Origin: Macrostomum hystrix
Lineage: Eukaryota > Animalia > Platyhelminthes
Direction: 5' to 3'
Assembly (NCBI GenBank): GCA_950097015.1
Contig: CATNEN010000027.1
Coordinates: forward strand, 682,001 to 746,000
Length of the DNA: 64,000 nucleotides
Shown: piece after piece, positions 1 through 11,400 of the stretch
Position numbering within the stretch: position 1 is the first letter of the stretch
Layout of the letters: each line of letters begins with the position of its first letter
Translations under genes and position numbers: made by a program
The notes under the pieces: model-generated
Database searches by the model: none
The model's input: the letters and a program-made list of their open reading frames with translations, nothing else
Told to the model about the DNA's origin: nothing

Positions 1-170
1 GTCCTCCAATATTCCGCTAATCCCTTGGCCCTCCAATATTACGCTAATCCCTTGGTCCTCCAATATTCCGCTAATCCCTTGGTCCTCCAATATTCCGCTA
101 ATCCCTTGGTCCTCATATATTCCGCTAATTCCTTGGCCCTCATATATTCCGCTAATTCCTTTGGTTACTA
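1..170. repeat. 27-bp minisatellite (GTCCTCCAATATTCCGCTAATCCCTTG), in the intron upstream of the VRK exon
   Basis: Tandem units visible; ORF 25-210 is a 9-aa periodic read-through. Confidence 0.9.
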
Positions 171-261
171 CTACTACAACCTTTCTCCCTTGGTCCTCTC
201 TGATCCCTAGCTTATCTAAATTTAACCTTATTTTCCTCACTCTACGAATCCTACAACACAG

Positions 262-1926
262 TCATGGCGCGTGGGCCGAGTGATCGGCGAAGGCGGCTTC
301 GGCCTGGTGTACCTGGGCACCGGCACCGGAGCGCCGGGTAGCACAGGACCCCCAGTCGACTGCGTGATCAAGGCCGAGCCGAAGGGCAACGGGCCGCTGT
401 TCTGCGAGATGCACTTTTACCAGCGAGCCGCCGATGGCACTAAAATCAGCGACTGGGCCAACGCGCACCGGCTTGACTACGTCGGCGTGCCGCGCTTCTA
501 CGGCTGCGGCCACGTGACCCACTCCGACCACGAGCATCGCTTCTTGGCCATCGAGCGCCTTGGCGACGATCTGGAGAAGCAGTTCGACACGCAACGCGAC
601 TCTCTCGGCCGAGTGCCTCCTAGGCGAGCCTTCGCCGTAGCCGTCCGCGTGCTGGACGCCCTGAAGTTCGTGCACGACAGCGGCTACGCGCACGCCGACG
701 TTAAGGCATCCAATTTGTTGACGTCTGGCGAGCGGGTCTATCTGGCCGATTTCGGCTTGGCGTTTCGATACCACGCCGAGGGGCGCTGGCTTAAGGAGGA
801 GAAGGTGAGCAATTTTGTCTTACGGCCTTCAGCATATTTCGATACATATCGGGGATCCCGTTAAAGTGTAGCACATTTTTATATGACACGAATTTGATGT
901 CAACGTCAACATGTACTACTAATACTATTACTACTACTACTACTCTACTACTACTCTACTACTACTACTCTACTACTACTACTACTACTACTTATATTCT
1001 AGATAAGCTTGCTGCTTCTAGAGTTTTCTTCCTGTCTTAACACGGCTCACAACTCAGCCTCACCTGTCCCGCTTCTTTAGGAGGACCCGAAGCGTCGTCA
1101 CGACGGCACGTCGGAGTTTTGCAGCCGCGATGCGCACCGCGGCCTGGCGCCAACTCCGAGAGCCGATTTAGAAAATTTCGGCTGGTGCCTGCTGGCCTGG
1201 CTCACCGGCGAGTTGCCATGGCAGCCGTTTCGCGACAATCACGAGCTGGTGCAGCGCGCCAAGGAAGCCGCCGTGACCGACCTGGCTGGCTTTCTTCGCG
1301 GCTGCCAATTTGCCCGAGGTGCCGCCGACGCCGACGCTGTCGCCGAAGTGTTGCGACACGCCGATGGTCTGGGCTATCACGAGAGGCCGCAGTACGCCCG
1401 CTTGCGCGACCTGCTGCGTCGACGTGCCGACGCTCCTGACGTAGCCGGGGCAGCCGCTGCTGCAGCTTCTTCCTCTGCTACCAATGGCGCTGTCAGAACG
1501 ACAGCTAAGAAAACAGCGGCTGAGTCGATGGCAAAATCGCGACCTGGCTCCGTTGCTAAGGCGTCTCCAAGGTCGAAAGTGGTTGCTAAGGTGACTTCAC
1601 CCCAATCGGAGACCGTTGCTAAGGCGTCTCCAAGGTCGAAAGCCGTTGCTAAGGCAACTTCACCCAAATCAGAGACTGTTGCTAAGCCATCTCCAAGGTC
1701 CAAAGCCGTCGCTAAGGTAACTTCAACCTCAAAGGTTGTTGCCATGGCAGCATCTTCTTCAGGCGCTTCATCATCAAGCGTAGAGGCCTCCACCAATGGC
1801 GCCGGTGTCGCTGTGGTTGCTAACGGCGTGGCCGAAGCTACGCGCAAGAGAAAATCCGGCTGCTGCCAGACCTCGCCGCATCTGCTTAAGGAGGCCAAAC
1901 GATTGGCCCGAGCTGCTAGAAAGTGA
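262..1926 (+). CDS. VRK1: Vaccinia-related kinase (VRK/ballchen family), 3' part; exons 262-804 and 1081-1926; 5' exon(s) probably outside the window
   Basis: AG acceptor at 260-261, then SWRVGRVIGEGGFGLVY, VIKAEP..NGPLFCEMHFYQR, HADVKASNLL, LADFGLAFRY; GT donor at 805; exon 2 reads EDPKRRHDGTSEFCSRDAHRG..PRADLENFGWCLLAWLTGELPW, diagnostic of VRKs; basic C-terminal tail. Confidence 0.88.
915..992. repeat. (CTA)n microsatellite in the VRK intron
   Basis: Direct observation. Confidence 0.9.
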
Positions 1927-2559
1927 GCGCAATAATCTCGTTGTACTTTTACGCTACTGTTAGCGCAAGCCATATTTTATTCCAATGCTAATCGCAGCTT
2001 ATTTTATTTCGCTCGCCGACTCGGGTCTGTTTATTCTGCGCATTCTTTCTGAGGTCACGACCTGCTTTACCTGTATTACGAGTTTCACAATTAGGCGACA
2101 ACTTAATTATCTACGCTGAAAGCAGTTTTGGTTACTAGCTCTAGTTTGTTCTATCCACCCGGTGCAGTTGTCTCACACCAACTCCATATCATCGGCTGCT
2201 GCTCTAAATTATTACAAATTGCATTTTTCATATGAAGCAGTAAATAAATAAACCGCCATTAGAAAGTTTGGCGCGACAACACTTTGCTGTTAATGCTTAT
2301 TTTGTGCTTCAGAAATACTGAAGTACTTTACTTTGTATTTAGTGCATATTTTTCCCTAACTATTTTTCCGCTTTTGCATCAACAAACTGCAAGTATATAT
2401 ATTTTTCGCTTCAATATTCAGTTTTTTCATGTTTCGTGTTTTTTATTTCGTTCTTATTTCCTAATTTTGTAGTTGCCCACTGAAAGTTCAAGAAGTGACC
2501 ACAAAACAACCTAAATTTGGCCATCAAATGTTTGAAATGTGTCTGTAAGAAATCAAGAC

Positions 2560-3215
2560 ATGTCCACCAAAGAATCCTGAGGTGTCCACCAAATAATCAA
2601 GAATTTTCCAAAGAATCCTGAGGTGTCCACCAAAGAATCAAGAATTTTCCAAAGAATCCTGAGGTGTCCACCAAAGAATCCTGAGGTGTCCACCAAAGAA
2701 TCCTGAGGTGTCCACCAAAGAATCCTGAGGTGTCCACCAAAGAATCTATAATTTTCCAAAGAATCCTGAGGTGTCCACCAAAGAATCAAGAATTTTCCTA
2801 AGAATATTGAGGTGTCCACCAAAGAATCCTGAGGTGTCCACCAAATAATCAAGAATTTTCCAAAGAATCCTGAGGTATCCACCAAAGAATCCCGAGGTGT
2901 CCACCAAAGAATCAAGAATTTTCTAAAGAATCCTGAGGTGTCCACCAAAGAATCATGAATTTTTCAAAGAATCCTGAGGTGTCCACCAAAGAATCAAGAA
3001 TTTTCCAAAGAATCCTGAGGTGTCCACTAAATAATCAAGAATTTTCCAAAGAATCCTGAGGTGTCCACCAAAGAATCCCGAGGTGTCCACCAAAGAATCA
3101 AGAATTTTCCAAAGAATCCTGAGGTGTCCACCAAAGAATCATGAATTTTTCAAAGAATCCCGAGGTGTCCACTAAAGAATCATGAATTTTCCAAAGAATC
3201 CTGAGGTGTCCTCTA
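2560..3215. repeat. Compound minisatellite: 22-bp AAAGAATCCTGAGGTGTCCACC units alternating with about 18-19-bp AAAGAATCAAGAATTTTCC units
   Basis: Tandem units visible. Confidence 0.9.
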
Positions 3216-3520
3216 CAAAATCGAGAAATGTATATCTCGATATCAAGAGAGGTCCATTTAAGAATCGTGAGATGTCTTATAACGCATTTGAAGGGGTGTC
3301 CATTAAAGAATCGAACAGTGTCCACCCAATATATAATCAAGTGGTATCAATCAAATTACGTCCACCAAACAAATGTGATATAGGCAAATTGTCCTATGAG
3401 TTATGAGTTATCGGGAGTTGGTCAAGTGTCTCACCTTCACTCACCTGTATAATTGCAGCGCAGTCTCATTGCCTCGCCTCAACTCGCCAACTGACTGATT
3501 GACAGGGACGGAGCGCAGCT

Positions 3521-3865
3521 ATGGGCCAGACTCTGATCTCGGAGCGATTGCGTCACTCAGTTGAGAACATCCGCTCGGCAGCTGAGCGCGATGACGCTGA
3601 CGAGGATGTCAACCCGATGGGCGGGCCGCGCTGCTACGCGGCGGCACTGCAGCCGGGAGCTGGCGGCGGCGGCGGCGACTACTTCGCGCACTGGTATGCG
3701 GCTTTGTCCCGCTGCCGTCAGGAGCACTTGTCCGGGTCGGCCGGCGACTTCGCCAAATGCTCCAGCCTGCTCAGGCAGCTGGATCAGCGCCAGGCTCACG
3801 TCCGCTCGGAGCGAGAGACCCGACTAGAGATGCTGGACAGATGGCAGGCTGGCGGCAGTAGCTAG
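3521..3865 (+). CDS. Orphan 114-aa protein (or terminal exon), predicted helical
   Basis: GC-rich ORF with codon style like the bona fide exons, inside AT-rich flanks; AG acceptors just upstream; no family recognised. Confidence 0.55.
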   Translation: MGQTLISERLRHSVENIRSAAERDDADEDVNPMGGPRCYAAALQPGAGGGGGDYFAHWYAALSRCRQEHLSGSAGDFAKCSSLLRQLDQRQAHVRSERETRLEMLDRWQAGGSS

Positions 3866-4699
3866 CGAGCCTCGTGACTCAGTCGGCACTGGTGTGTGCC
3901 GATTCAAATATCAAATGCGTTTTCTGAGACACTGAACATCCTACTGCAAGTAGTGCTGCTCTAATACAAATCTTTACATTTTGCCATTTAACTTTCAAAG
4001 CAAGTTAAAATACGAACTACTGATATGCTTACTAACTCAAATGACTCGTGTCAAATCTAACTTGCTGCCTTGATCTCTGTTCCTCTCTCTCTGTGTTTGA
4101 GTACGTGTACATAGAAATGTGTAAAAAGTACAGATTTCCTGCATAGTTTTTCGTTTTTCTGATATTCTTAATAAAACCATCATGTGTTTTATCATGTGTT
4201 AACCAAAACAGAGTTTTTATCACAGTATTTTTTTATCTTTTGATGATTTGTTGTGTTTTAGTTTTTGCTTTTTCAGTTCTGTTTTTCGTATTTTGCAACT
4301 ATCGTCTGATATAATTTAATGTTGAATTATGAAATTTCCTACAAAAATTTTCCAATTACAATTACCATTATGAACTCAATAGTCAAGATCAAATTTTGAC
4401 AATGAAAACTGCTACAGTCGATAGTTAACACTCGCTGTATACAGTGCACACAGATTTCTTGTGAATAAATTATAGTTCTAATTAGTTCCTTAATTAAAGT
4501 TCCTTAAGCTTAGAATGGGTAAGGGCCTCAGCTGGGGTAGAAATATAAATGAGTGCTGCAACCAGTCCATGGACTGAACAGCTGTACTCAGTCTATGGAT
4601 GTGCCGTGCAATAGCTGCGGCTGTGCCGCCGGCTGTACATCTGGCCGAACTAATGCCGGGCGCACAACTAACAAAAAGACGGAACAGATAAGTCTACGA

Positions 4700-4810
4700 C
4701 TCTTCAGCCTAGTGGTGATGAAGAGTCGGCCCCTCAACAGGAAGGTCGGGGGTTCGATTCTCGACTCCGCTGGAACAATTTGTGTCCTTTAGCAAGACAC
4801 TTAACTCGGC
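4700..4810 (+). mobile_element. tRNA-derived SINE head with CORE-like segment
   Basis: A-box-like CAGCCTAGTGG (4705), B-box GGTTCGATTCT (about 4751), then TGTGTCCTTTAGCAAGACACTTAACTC, also present at about 6288. Confidence 0.65.
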
Positions 4811-5450
4811 AAAAAATGAGTTTAACACTTAATTCTCTTCTTCGGCGAGTCACCTGTGACTTGTTCTGTAGTCTAGAGGATTTTGTTAGAAGTGCACTCG
4901 AATCTATGCTGGTAAATCACGCTTTGCCTCGACTACAGTTTGAGAGACAATTCCAATTGACGGCAGCGTTCAGCGAAACTGCAGGTGAAACAAAATTCGG
5001 CTTTATCACGCCTTCAAGCCCTGTCCCTCCGCTTCTCGTCCCCCGTCGATCCCGTCTTCTTCTCCCGGCCGACGACATCGAGTTTCTCGTCTGTCCGCCC
5101 GCCCGTCTCCACTTGATTCGCCGAGCAGCCGATGACGCCACTCGGGTGATCGGCTCGGCTAGGGGGATGAGCGAAAAACTGCGAAGAAAAGCGGGCGCAA
5201 GGGAGCGGGGATTCTTTTCGAACTCTTTTTCTATTTCTTCCCCAATTTGTACGGCGCTGGGATGGGAATTTATTTGAGTCAGCGCTGCTGAAGCCGGATG
5301 AAGGAGGAATCGCCAAATCGGATTACCGGCCACGGAAAGGAAGACCGTGAAATAAATCTTAGTGCGATATTGAGAGGAGAAATTTTTTTAACGCCGCCAC
5401 AAACCAGAAGGGAATCGCTTCGCATTGTGGATCTCAGCCAGCCGCCTGCC

Positions 5451-8400
5451 ATGCCGCAGTTGCTGCCGCTGCCGCTGCTGCTGCCGCTGCTGCTGCTGCT
5501 GCACATGTCAGCGGCTGCCGCTGCCGGCCCAGTCGAGGTTTGGGTGCTCACTCTGGGCGACAGCTGCGGCGGGGTCGGAGTGAACGGCAGCGGCTTGAGA
5601 ATCTCCAGCCTGTTCAACACCACCGCCTCCCTTATGCTGCCCTCGAGTCTGTCGGCAGCCTCCATCGCCATCCGGTCCATGCCGCTGACCTGCGACCCAG
5701 CCACCGGACGGCCCGGTCGCGACTCGCTCGGCGCCGTAGTGGCCGCGGTGCTCGACCGTCGCGACCCGCTGGTCTGGCTGGGCTTCCCGCAGCCGGATCT
5801 GTGCCAGCTGGCCGCGGCCTGGACCGGCGTCGGGGCGGCCAACGCCACCGCCGTGTCTTGGAACTGCTTGGACCCGCCGGCGCCGGCGCTGCCGAGTCTG
5901 GCGCCTTCGCTGGCCACTCTGGTGCGCGGCATTGTGACCCTGCTGAATCGGTTCCGCTGGCAGGGCCTGGCGGTGCTGTGGCAGAGCGGCTCCGACTATT
6001 GGCAGCGGGCCGCCTACCAGTTCGGGGCGCAGCTGTCCCTGCTCGACTACGAAATCCCCGCGGCCGCCTTCCTCAGCGTTGGAGCCGACGGCAGCACCGC
6101 GTCCGACGCGCTCGCAAGACTTCGACGTGTCTCCAATGTTAAAGGTTGGCGGCCTTATTCAAATCTTCATGGCTTGTCGTGCAATTTACGCTCTTTTGGG
6201 GGCCAAACTCCAAAACACAGTGAGAGTGTACACTGCCTGACAATGAGAAAGTCGGGGGTTCAACCCCTTACTCCACTGAAACGAATTTGTGTCCTTTAGC
6301 AAGACACGTAACTCTGCATTCTTCAGCTCACCCAGCTGTTAAATTGGTTCCAGCATTAGCTGGGGTAATTGAGGTTATTTTGGCGTCCTGTTTAAAAACA
6401 GAAAACTTAGGTTAACTTGACCTAGATTGACCTAGATTAACAATATGCGCCTCTGCAAAGCACCTTTGGATGCGTTGCGCATAGCTGCGGCCGTGACCTT
6501 CAATGTTCTTTTCTGTGCTCTTTAATGAAGAATAAAGACATATACTTATATTACTAATCTAAATAGCAGTACACGTGCCATTGTGACTCAATATTGCGTT
6601 CGTGGACTCAAGGGCGATCTGAACGGCGGCTGCGTTGTAAAAAATGTTGATCTCTCACGGGCCACCGTGATAGTGGACATTGCTATCAACGCGCTGTTCT
6701 ATTGGCCAATTTCTGTCCTTCTTCCTGCAATTAGTCAGCGTCAGTAGGCAAAAGGGAGGCGCCTCCGCCTGCGATTCTGCTTCAGTTAGTCCTAGCTAGT
6801 GCTTCCTCATTCAGACCACTGGGGCCAGCTGATCTATGCGTTTTTGGGCCAAAGGCTTGCAATTTGAGCTCAGCCCGCCCACTTCCCTTAGATGCCATCA
6901 GTAATTAGCCCCGCGGGAGCCGACCTAGAGGAAGGCAACAGTTTCTCTAGTCTTCCACGCAGCTGCTGCAGGCTTAAGAAACTAGTCATAAAAGACTAAC
7001 TAATAATGCGTTAAAATGAGCTAGCGAGCCCAGCGACAAATGAGAAGGCGCGGGCCGCTTGCTGCGGAATCTGTTTCTCCGCTTCTTACTAATCATGCGA
7101 CGTTTCTGTGCCTCGGCAAGATTGGGAAAGAGAGGCAGAGAGAGGCAGAGAGAGAGAGAGAGAGGGAGAGACAGTAGCGAGAGCAGAAGGCTACAGTCGG
7201 AATCCAGTTGCCGTCCCTGTGCATGTTCAGATATCAAGATGGATTGGGCGCCATGCCGAGTCGGCGCTTTGAAACATACACTTCAACTCGTTTTCTTATT
7301 TGCCTCATCCTCCGTCCTTGCTCAAACTCTGATCTCTCTCCTGTGTTCCTTTCTTCTCATCTCGAAAGCGTCTAGCTGTGATACCCCAGGAATGATGACA
7401 TTTGAGACCGCTCGCCGTCTCTCCTTTGAAAAATGTTGCTATTCGAAGAGACTGGGCCTGAGTGGGGCGAACTGTTTTGGTCCTCAAATCTGGCCTAATT
7501 AAATTTGCTTTGCTAGGCCTAGGTAAATTAGGCTCTCATTAATTCAGGTGATTTCTTGTTGCACTGATACAGACAACTGGTCAATGCTTGCCAGTCAAAG
7601 CACTCGCGTGTCGCAATAAATCTCATGAATAGAGAGCTAGAGTAGCTATTTGAAATGTTGATGACGAGGTATATCAGACGAACAGCTTCGTTTGTGAGTT
7701 CTTATGGACGAGGTGTCGAATGTAGTCTTGGTTCATGAATGATATGGTAGTAATAGAGGTATAGAATACAGGTTTTGGTTTATGAATGGTAGTTGTTGAG
7801 GTTTCGAATGCAGGTCTTGGTTTGTGAATTTTACTTGTCGGCGTATCGAATGTAGTTGATTTGTGAATGGTGATGTAAAATAGAATTTTTACACAAAAAC
7901 TATGCACTCTCAATCGCCAACTTCTCAAAATCCGCAGTGGTCATTCTGCTGATGGAGACGCCAGTTGCAGTAGACACGATCCAGGCATCCAGGACCCTAG
8001 GATACTCAGACGCGGCCTATATTTTCCTTCTAATTAGCGAAACGGTACACCTGGCGGACCTGACGTTTGCCTGGAACAGTCTGCTGGCTGCCAAAGACGG
8101 CCTGAACTCCTCGGCAGCCGGGTCCCTGGTGATTCTGGGCGCCCTGCCCGCCGGAGCCAATGCCACGTCAGATAGCTCCGACACTCGCGTAGGACAGAGG
8201 GTCAGTCGGTGCATATTTTTGGCACAGCTAGCATTTACCATTTTTTCGCTATTATGTCTGCAAGAGAATCCAGAGCTTCCTTATTGTTTCGCATGCCAGG
8301 TGCACTTCGGCATGCAGACTGGAGTGTCCTGGGCTGCCTTGGCCAGCGCATCTCTCAGCTTTCCAGCCGCTTCCGCCTTCTTTAATCTGACGATTCCACT

Positions 8401-11400
8401 GTCCGCTGGCGACTTCAACGCCAGCAGCGGCGGCCATTTGGTTATCGGTTCAGATGGTCAGGCACGACTCGACCTTGTGCTGCTTGACTACTGGCCGTCC
8501 AGGAACCAGTTCATGCCGGTTCTGACAGTAAACTGGCCGGCCTACAACTCGGTGCAGGCCCTGGCTAACGCTCTTGGCACCGTACCTAACGAGGACTCCT
8601 GCTTCCTGTCCGTCTGCCAGGCGTCGGAAGTGACGGGTAAAACTGTCAAAGTTTTTATACGTCTCTCGGCCTCCCCTCCTCACTAATCATGATGTTTTTT
8701 CCTCACCCCTCTCGACCCTCCACCTCATTGCTCTTCGCTGCATTTTACTTACCCCTCTCGACCCTCCACCTCACTCCTCTTGGCTGTATTTTACTTACCC
8801 CTCTTGACCCTCCACCTCACTGCTCTTCGCTGTGTTTTCCTCACCCCTCTCGACCCTCCAACTCACTCCTCTTGGCTGTATTTGCCTTACCCCTCTCGAC
8901 CCTCCACCTCACTCCTCTTGGCTGTGTTTTCCTTACCCCTCTCGACCCTCCACCTCACTCCTCTTGGCTGTGTTTTCCTTACCCCTCTCGACCCTCCACC
9001 TCACTCCTCTTGGCTGTGTTTTCCTTACCCCTCTCGACCCTCCACCTCACTCCTCTTGGCTGTGTTTTCCTTACCCCTCTCGACCCTCCACCTCACTCCT
9101 CTTGGCTGTGTTTTCCTTACCCCTCTCGACCCTCCACCTCACTCCTCTTGTCTGAATTTTCCTTACCCCTCTCGACCCACCACCTCACTCCTATTCGCTA
9201 TGTTAAATTCATGATCACTAGCTTACGATTTAACTTCCATCGTGATGTAAACGAAAAATATTGCGTCTAATAAAATGTTGATTGCATAGGTGCACCCAAT
9301 TCTCACGAAAAACAGTTTTCCATCGCTGTCTCGTCCAGCGCAATCAGCTAAATTCCAACCTAGCCCCTCTATACTCTTTGATCTCCAGGTGGATTCACAG
9401 CCACGCACGGAGTAATTCTGCTGGCGTCTCTGCTCTTGGCCACCGGAGCAGGATTTTTTGTTTTTCTGCTCATCAGGTGAGGCTTGCAGCGGGGGAGGGA
9501 AGCGGGCGAGTAGGGTTTCACAGTCCTGCACGCAAATGCTGCCACACGCAGAAATCACCGACCTGAAAGGAATTTTGTGCTCTTACTAGTAAAATGAGTT
9601 TTTTATAATGCTAGCAATGGGAAGACAGTTTTTTCTTATTTTCATCAATAAATTTTGTTTTCGTTGCTTGAACTCTAGCCTCTTAAATTTACAGGCGCTA
9701 CCAAAGCCGGAAGGAACTGGCCAAAGGACCCAACAAGATGCTTCTCTACCCCATGGATGTGGAGTTCCAGAAAAACCGCGTCAACAAGAGCGTGCCGGTG
9801 AGAGTAGATTGATGGGATGGGAGGTGAGAGTATATAGATAGATGAGATGGGGCGGTAAGAGTAGATTGGTGGGATGGGCGGTGAGACTAGATAGATAAGA
9901 TAGATGGGGCGGTGAGAGTAGATAGATGAGATGGGGCGGTGAGAGTAGATTGATGGGATGGGCGGTGAGAGTATATAGATAGATGAGATGGGGCGGTGAG
10001 AGTAGATTGATGGGATGGGCGGTGAGAGTATATAGATAGATGAGATGGGGGGTGAGAGTAGATAGATGGGATGGGCGGTGAGAGTAGATAGATAGATGAG
10101 ATGGGGCGGTGAGAGTAGATTGATGGGATGGGCGGTGAGAGTAGATAGATGAGATCGGGCGGTGAGAGTAGATACATGAGATGGGACGGTGAGAGTAGAT
10201 TGATGAGATAAGGCGGTGAGAGTAGATAGATAAGATGGGACGGTGAGAGTAGATAGATGAGATGGGACAGTGAGACTAGATAGATAAGATGGACGGTGAG
10301 AGTAGATAGATAAGATGGGACGGTGAGAGTAGATAGATAAGATGGGACGGTGAGAGTAGATAGATGAGATGGGACGGTGAGAGTAGATTGATGAGATAAG
10401 GCGGTGAGAGTAGATAGATAAGATGGGACGGTGAGAGTAGATAGATAAGATGGGACGGTGAGAGTAGATAGATGAGATGGGACAGTGAGACTAGATAGAT
10501 AAGATGGACGGTGAGAGTAGATAGATAAGATGGGACGGTGAGAGTAGATAGATGAGATGGGACGGTGAGAGTAGATTGATGAGATAAGGCGGTGAGAGTA
10601 GATAGATAAGATGGGACGGTGAGAGCAGATAGATAAGATGGGTTGGTGAGAGTAGATAGATGAGATGGGACAGTGAGAGTAGATAGATAAGATTGGGCGG
10701 TGAGAGTTGAATGCAGATAGATAAGATGGATATGAAGATGGCGCAATGGAAGGCATCGATCAACAGCCAGCTCGACTGTCGTCAATTTCAGAGCCTGAAG
10801 GCCGCAGACGTGACGGTGGCCGAGGTGGCTCTGCCCGGCCTGCTGCAGAACCAGAATCACCAGGCGGAGACATTACGCAACGCTGTGGCCGAAAGGCGAT
10901 CTTTAAAGAGTCCGACTAGTGAGTCTGATGCCACTGACTCCAACACGGCCAAGTACAATGTGAGGCCAAGATCATGTTATCTACACACTATTCGACTCGT
11001 GAACAATGTGATTCAAGGATAATGTTATTCAAGGATAATGTGATTCGAGGATGATGTGATTCAAGGATAATTTTATTCAAGGATAATGTGATTCGAGGAT
11101 AATGTGATTCGAGGATAATTTTATTCAAGGATAATGTGATTCGAGGATAATGTGATTCGAGGATGATGTGTTTCAAGGATAATGTGTTTCAAAGATAGTG
11201 TGATTCGAGGATAATGTGATTCAATTATAATGTGATTCAAGGATAATGTGTTTCAAGGATAATGTGTTTCAAGGATAATGTGATTCAAGGATAATGTGAT
11301 TCAATTATAATGTGTTTCAAGGATAATGTGTTTCAAGGATAATGTGATTCAAGGATAATGTGATTCAATGATAATGTGATTCAAGGATAATGTCATTCAT

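Noticed and set aside
3521-3865. Dysbindin or twin-CX9C assignment
   Set aside because: Only scattered residue matches; Cys spacing does not fit CX9C.
4700-4775. Functional tRNA gene
   Set aside because: A/B boxes present but no complete cloverleaf; continues into a repeated CORE-like segment, so a SINE.
4780-5333. ORFs upstream of the cyclase ATG, including the 5298 in-frame extension
   Set aside because: Overlap a SINE and promoter/5' UTR sequence; the signal peptide starts at 5451.
6986-7502. Nested gene in cyclase intron 1
   Set aside because: ORFs overlap a GA microsatellite; no consistent splice chain or family motif.
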